Shown here piece after piece: positions 63,601 through 64,000 of a DNA stretch of 64,000 nucleotides. The notes below the pieces were generated by a model that worked only from the letters and a program-made list of their open reading frames with translations, did no database searches and was not told the origin of the DNA. The stretch's first letter is position 1, and each line of letters begins with the position of its first letter. The stretch is from positions 92,514,721 through 92,578,720 of the forward strand of contig JARFYF010000094.1 of assembly GCA_030265395.1 (NCBI GenBank), given 5' to 3'. Position numbers and translations under genes: made by a program. Source of the stretch: Rhina ancylostomus (Eukaryota).

Positions 63601-64000
63601 TTAGAATGGATGCTGAGCTGAGTGAATGAGAAGGCTTCAGGTATCCTCAAGAGAAACAGTCTCTCGATACGCCAACAAACTTACATGTATTAAGATTCAA
63701 GAACTGGAATATTTTCTTACAATCAGATATTTACAGAATTGCTAAAATCAGAGAAGCTTGCATCTCTGAAGGAGACAATTTGTCCTGGCATTTATAGACA
63801 AACTCTTTAGCCATTCAGTCCCAGCTCCTTCCCTTGCACAAGAACATGTATTCATCTATTTTTCCACTGTAAAAATCCTTTTGGTTGCTGTTTCCACTAT
63901 TGTTTCTGATGGGGCAGCCTGCATCTCGCTTACACAGAATGTAAAAGATCTCCTAATCATTCTCCTTGTGGCAAGCTTAAATTTATGCTCTCTAGTCAGT

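Overview
AT-rich, CpG-poor vertebrate DNA with many short N gaps (short-read scaffold). The repeat spectrum (HER1-type CR1 LINEs, V-SINEs, SacSINE1/DeuSINE-like SINEs, Rex1/Babar, RTE, L2, Penelope terminal repeats, Tigger-like MITE, Harbinger Myb-like remnants) points to a cartilaginous fish, probably a ray (inference). No complete protein-coding gene, RNA gene or CRISPR array is supported, and I see no clear novel multi-gene system. The window looks like a gene desert or giant intron: decayed transposons interspersed with repeat-free, TF-motif-dense blocks resembling conserved developmental enhancers, plus a few unidentified candidate exons (mainly minus strand at about 49.7, 32.8 and 19.9 kb). 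Most notable: V-SINEs with a shared head but CR1-like versus Rex1-like tails, a nested stack of four TE families at 9.9-12.3 kb, two Harbinger Myb/SANT remnants, and TALE (PBX/MEIS) motif clusters. Family calls come from recalled consensus motifs, not database searches; boundaries are approximate.
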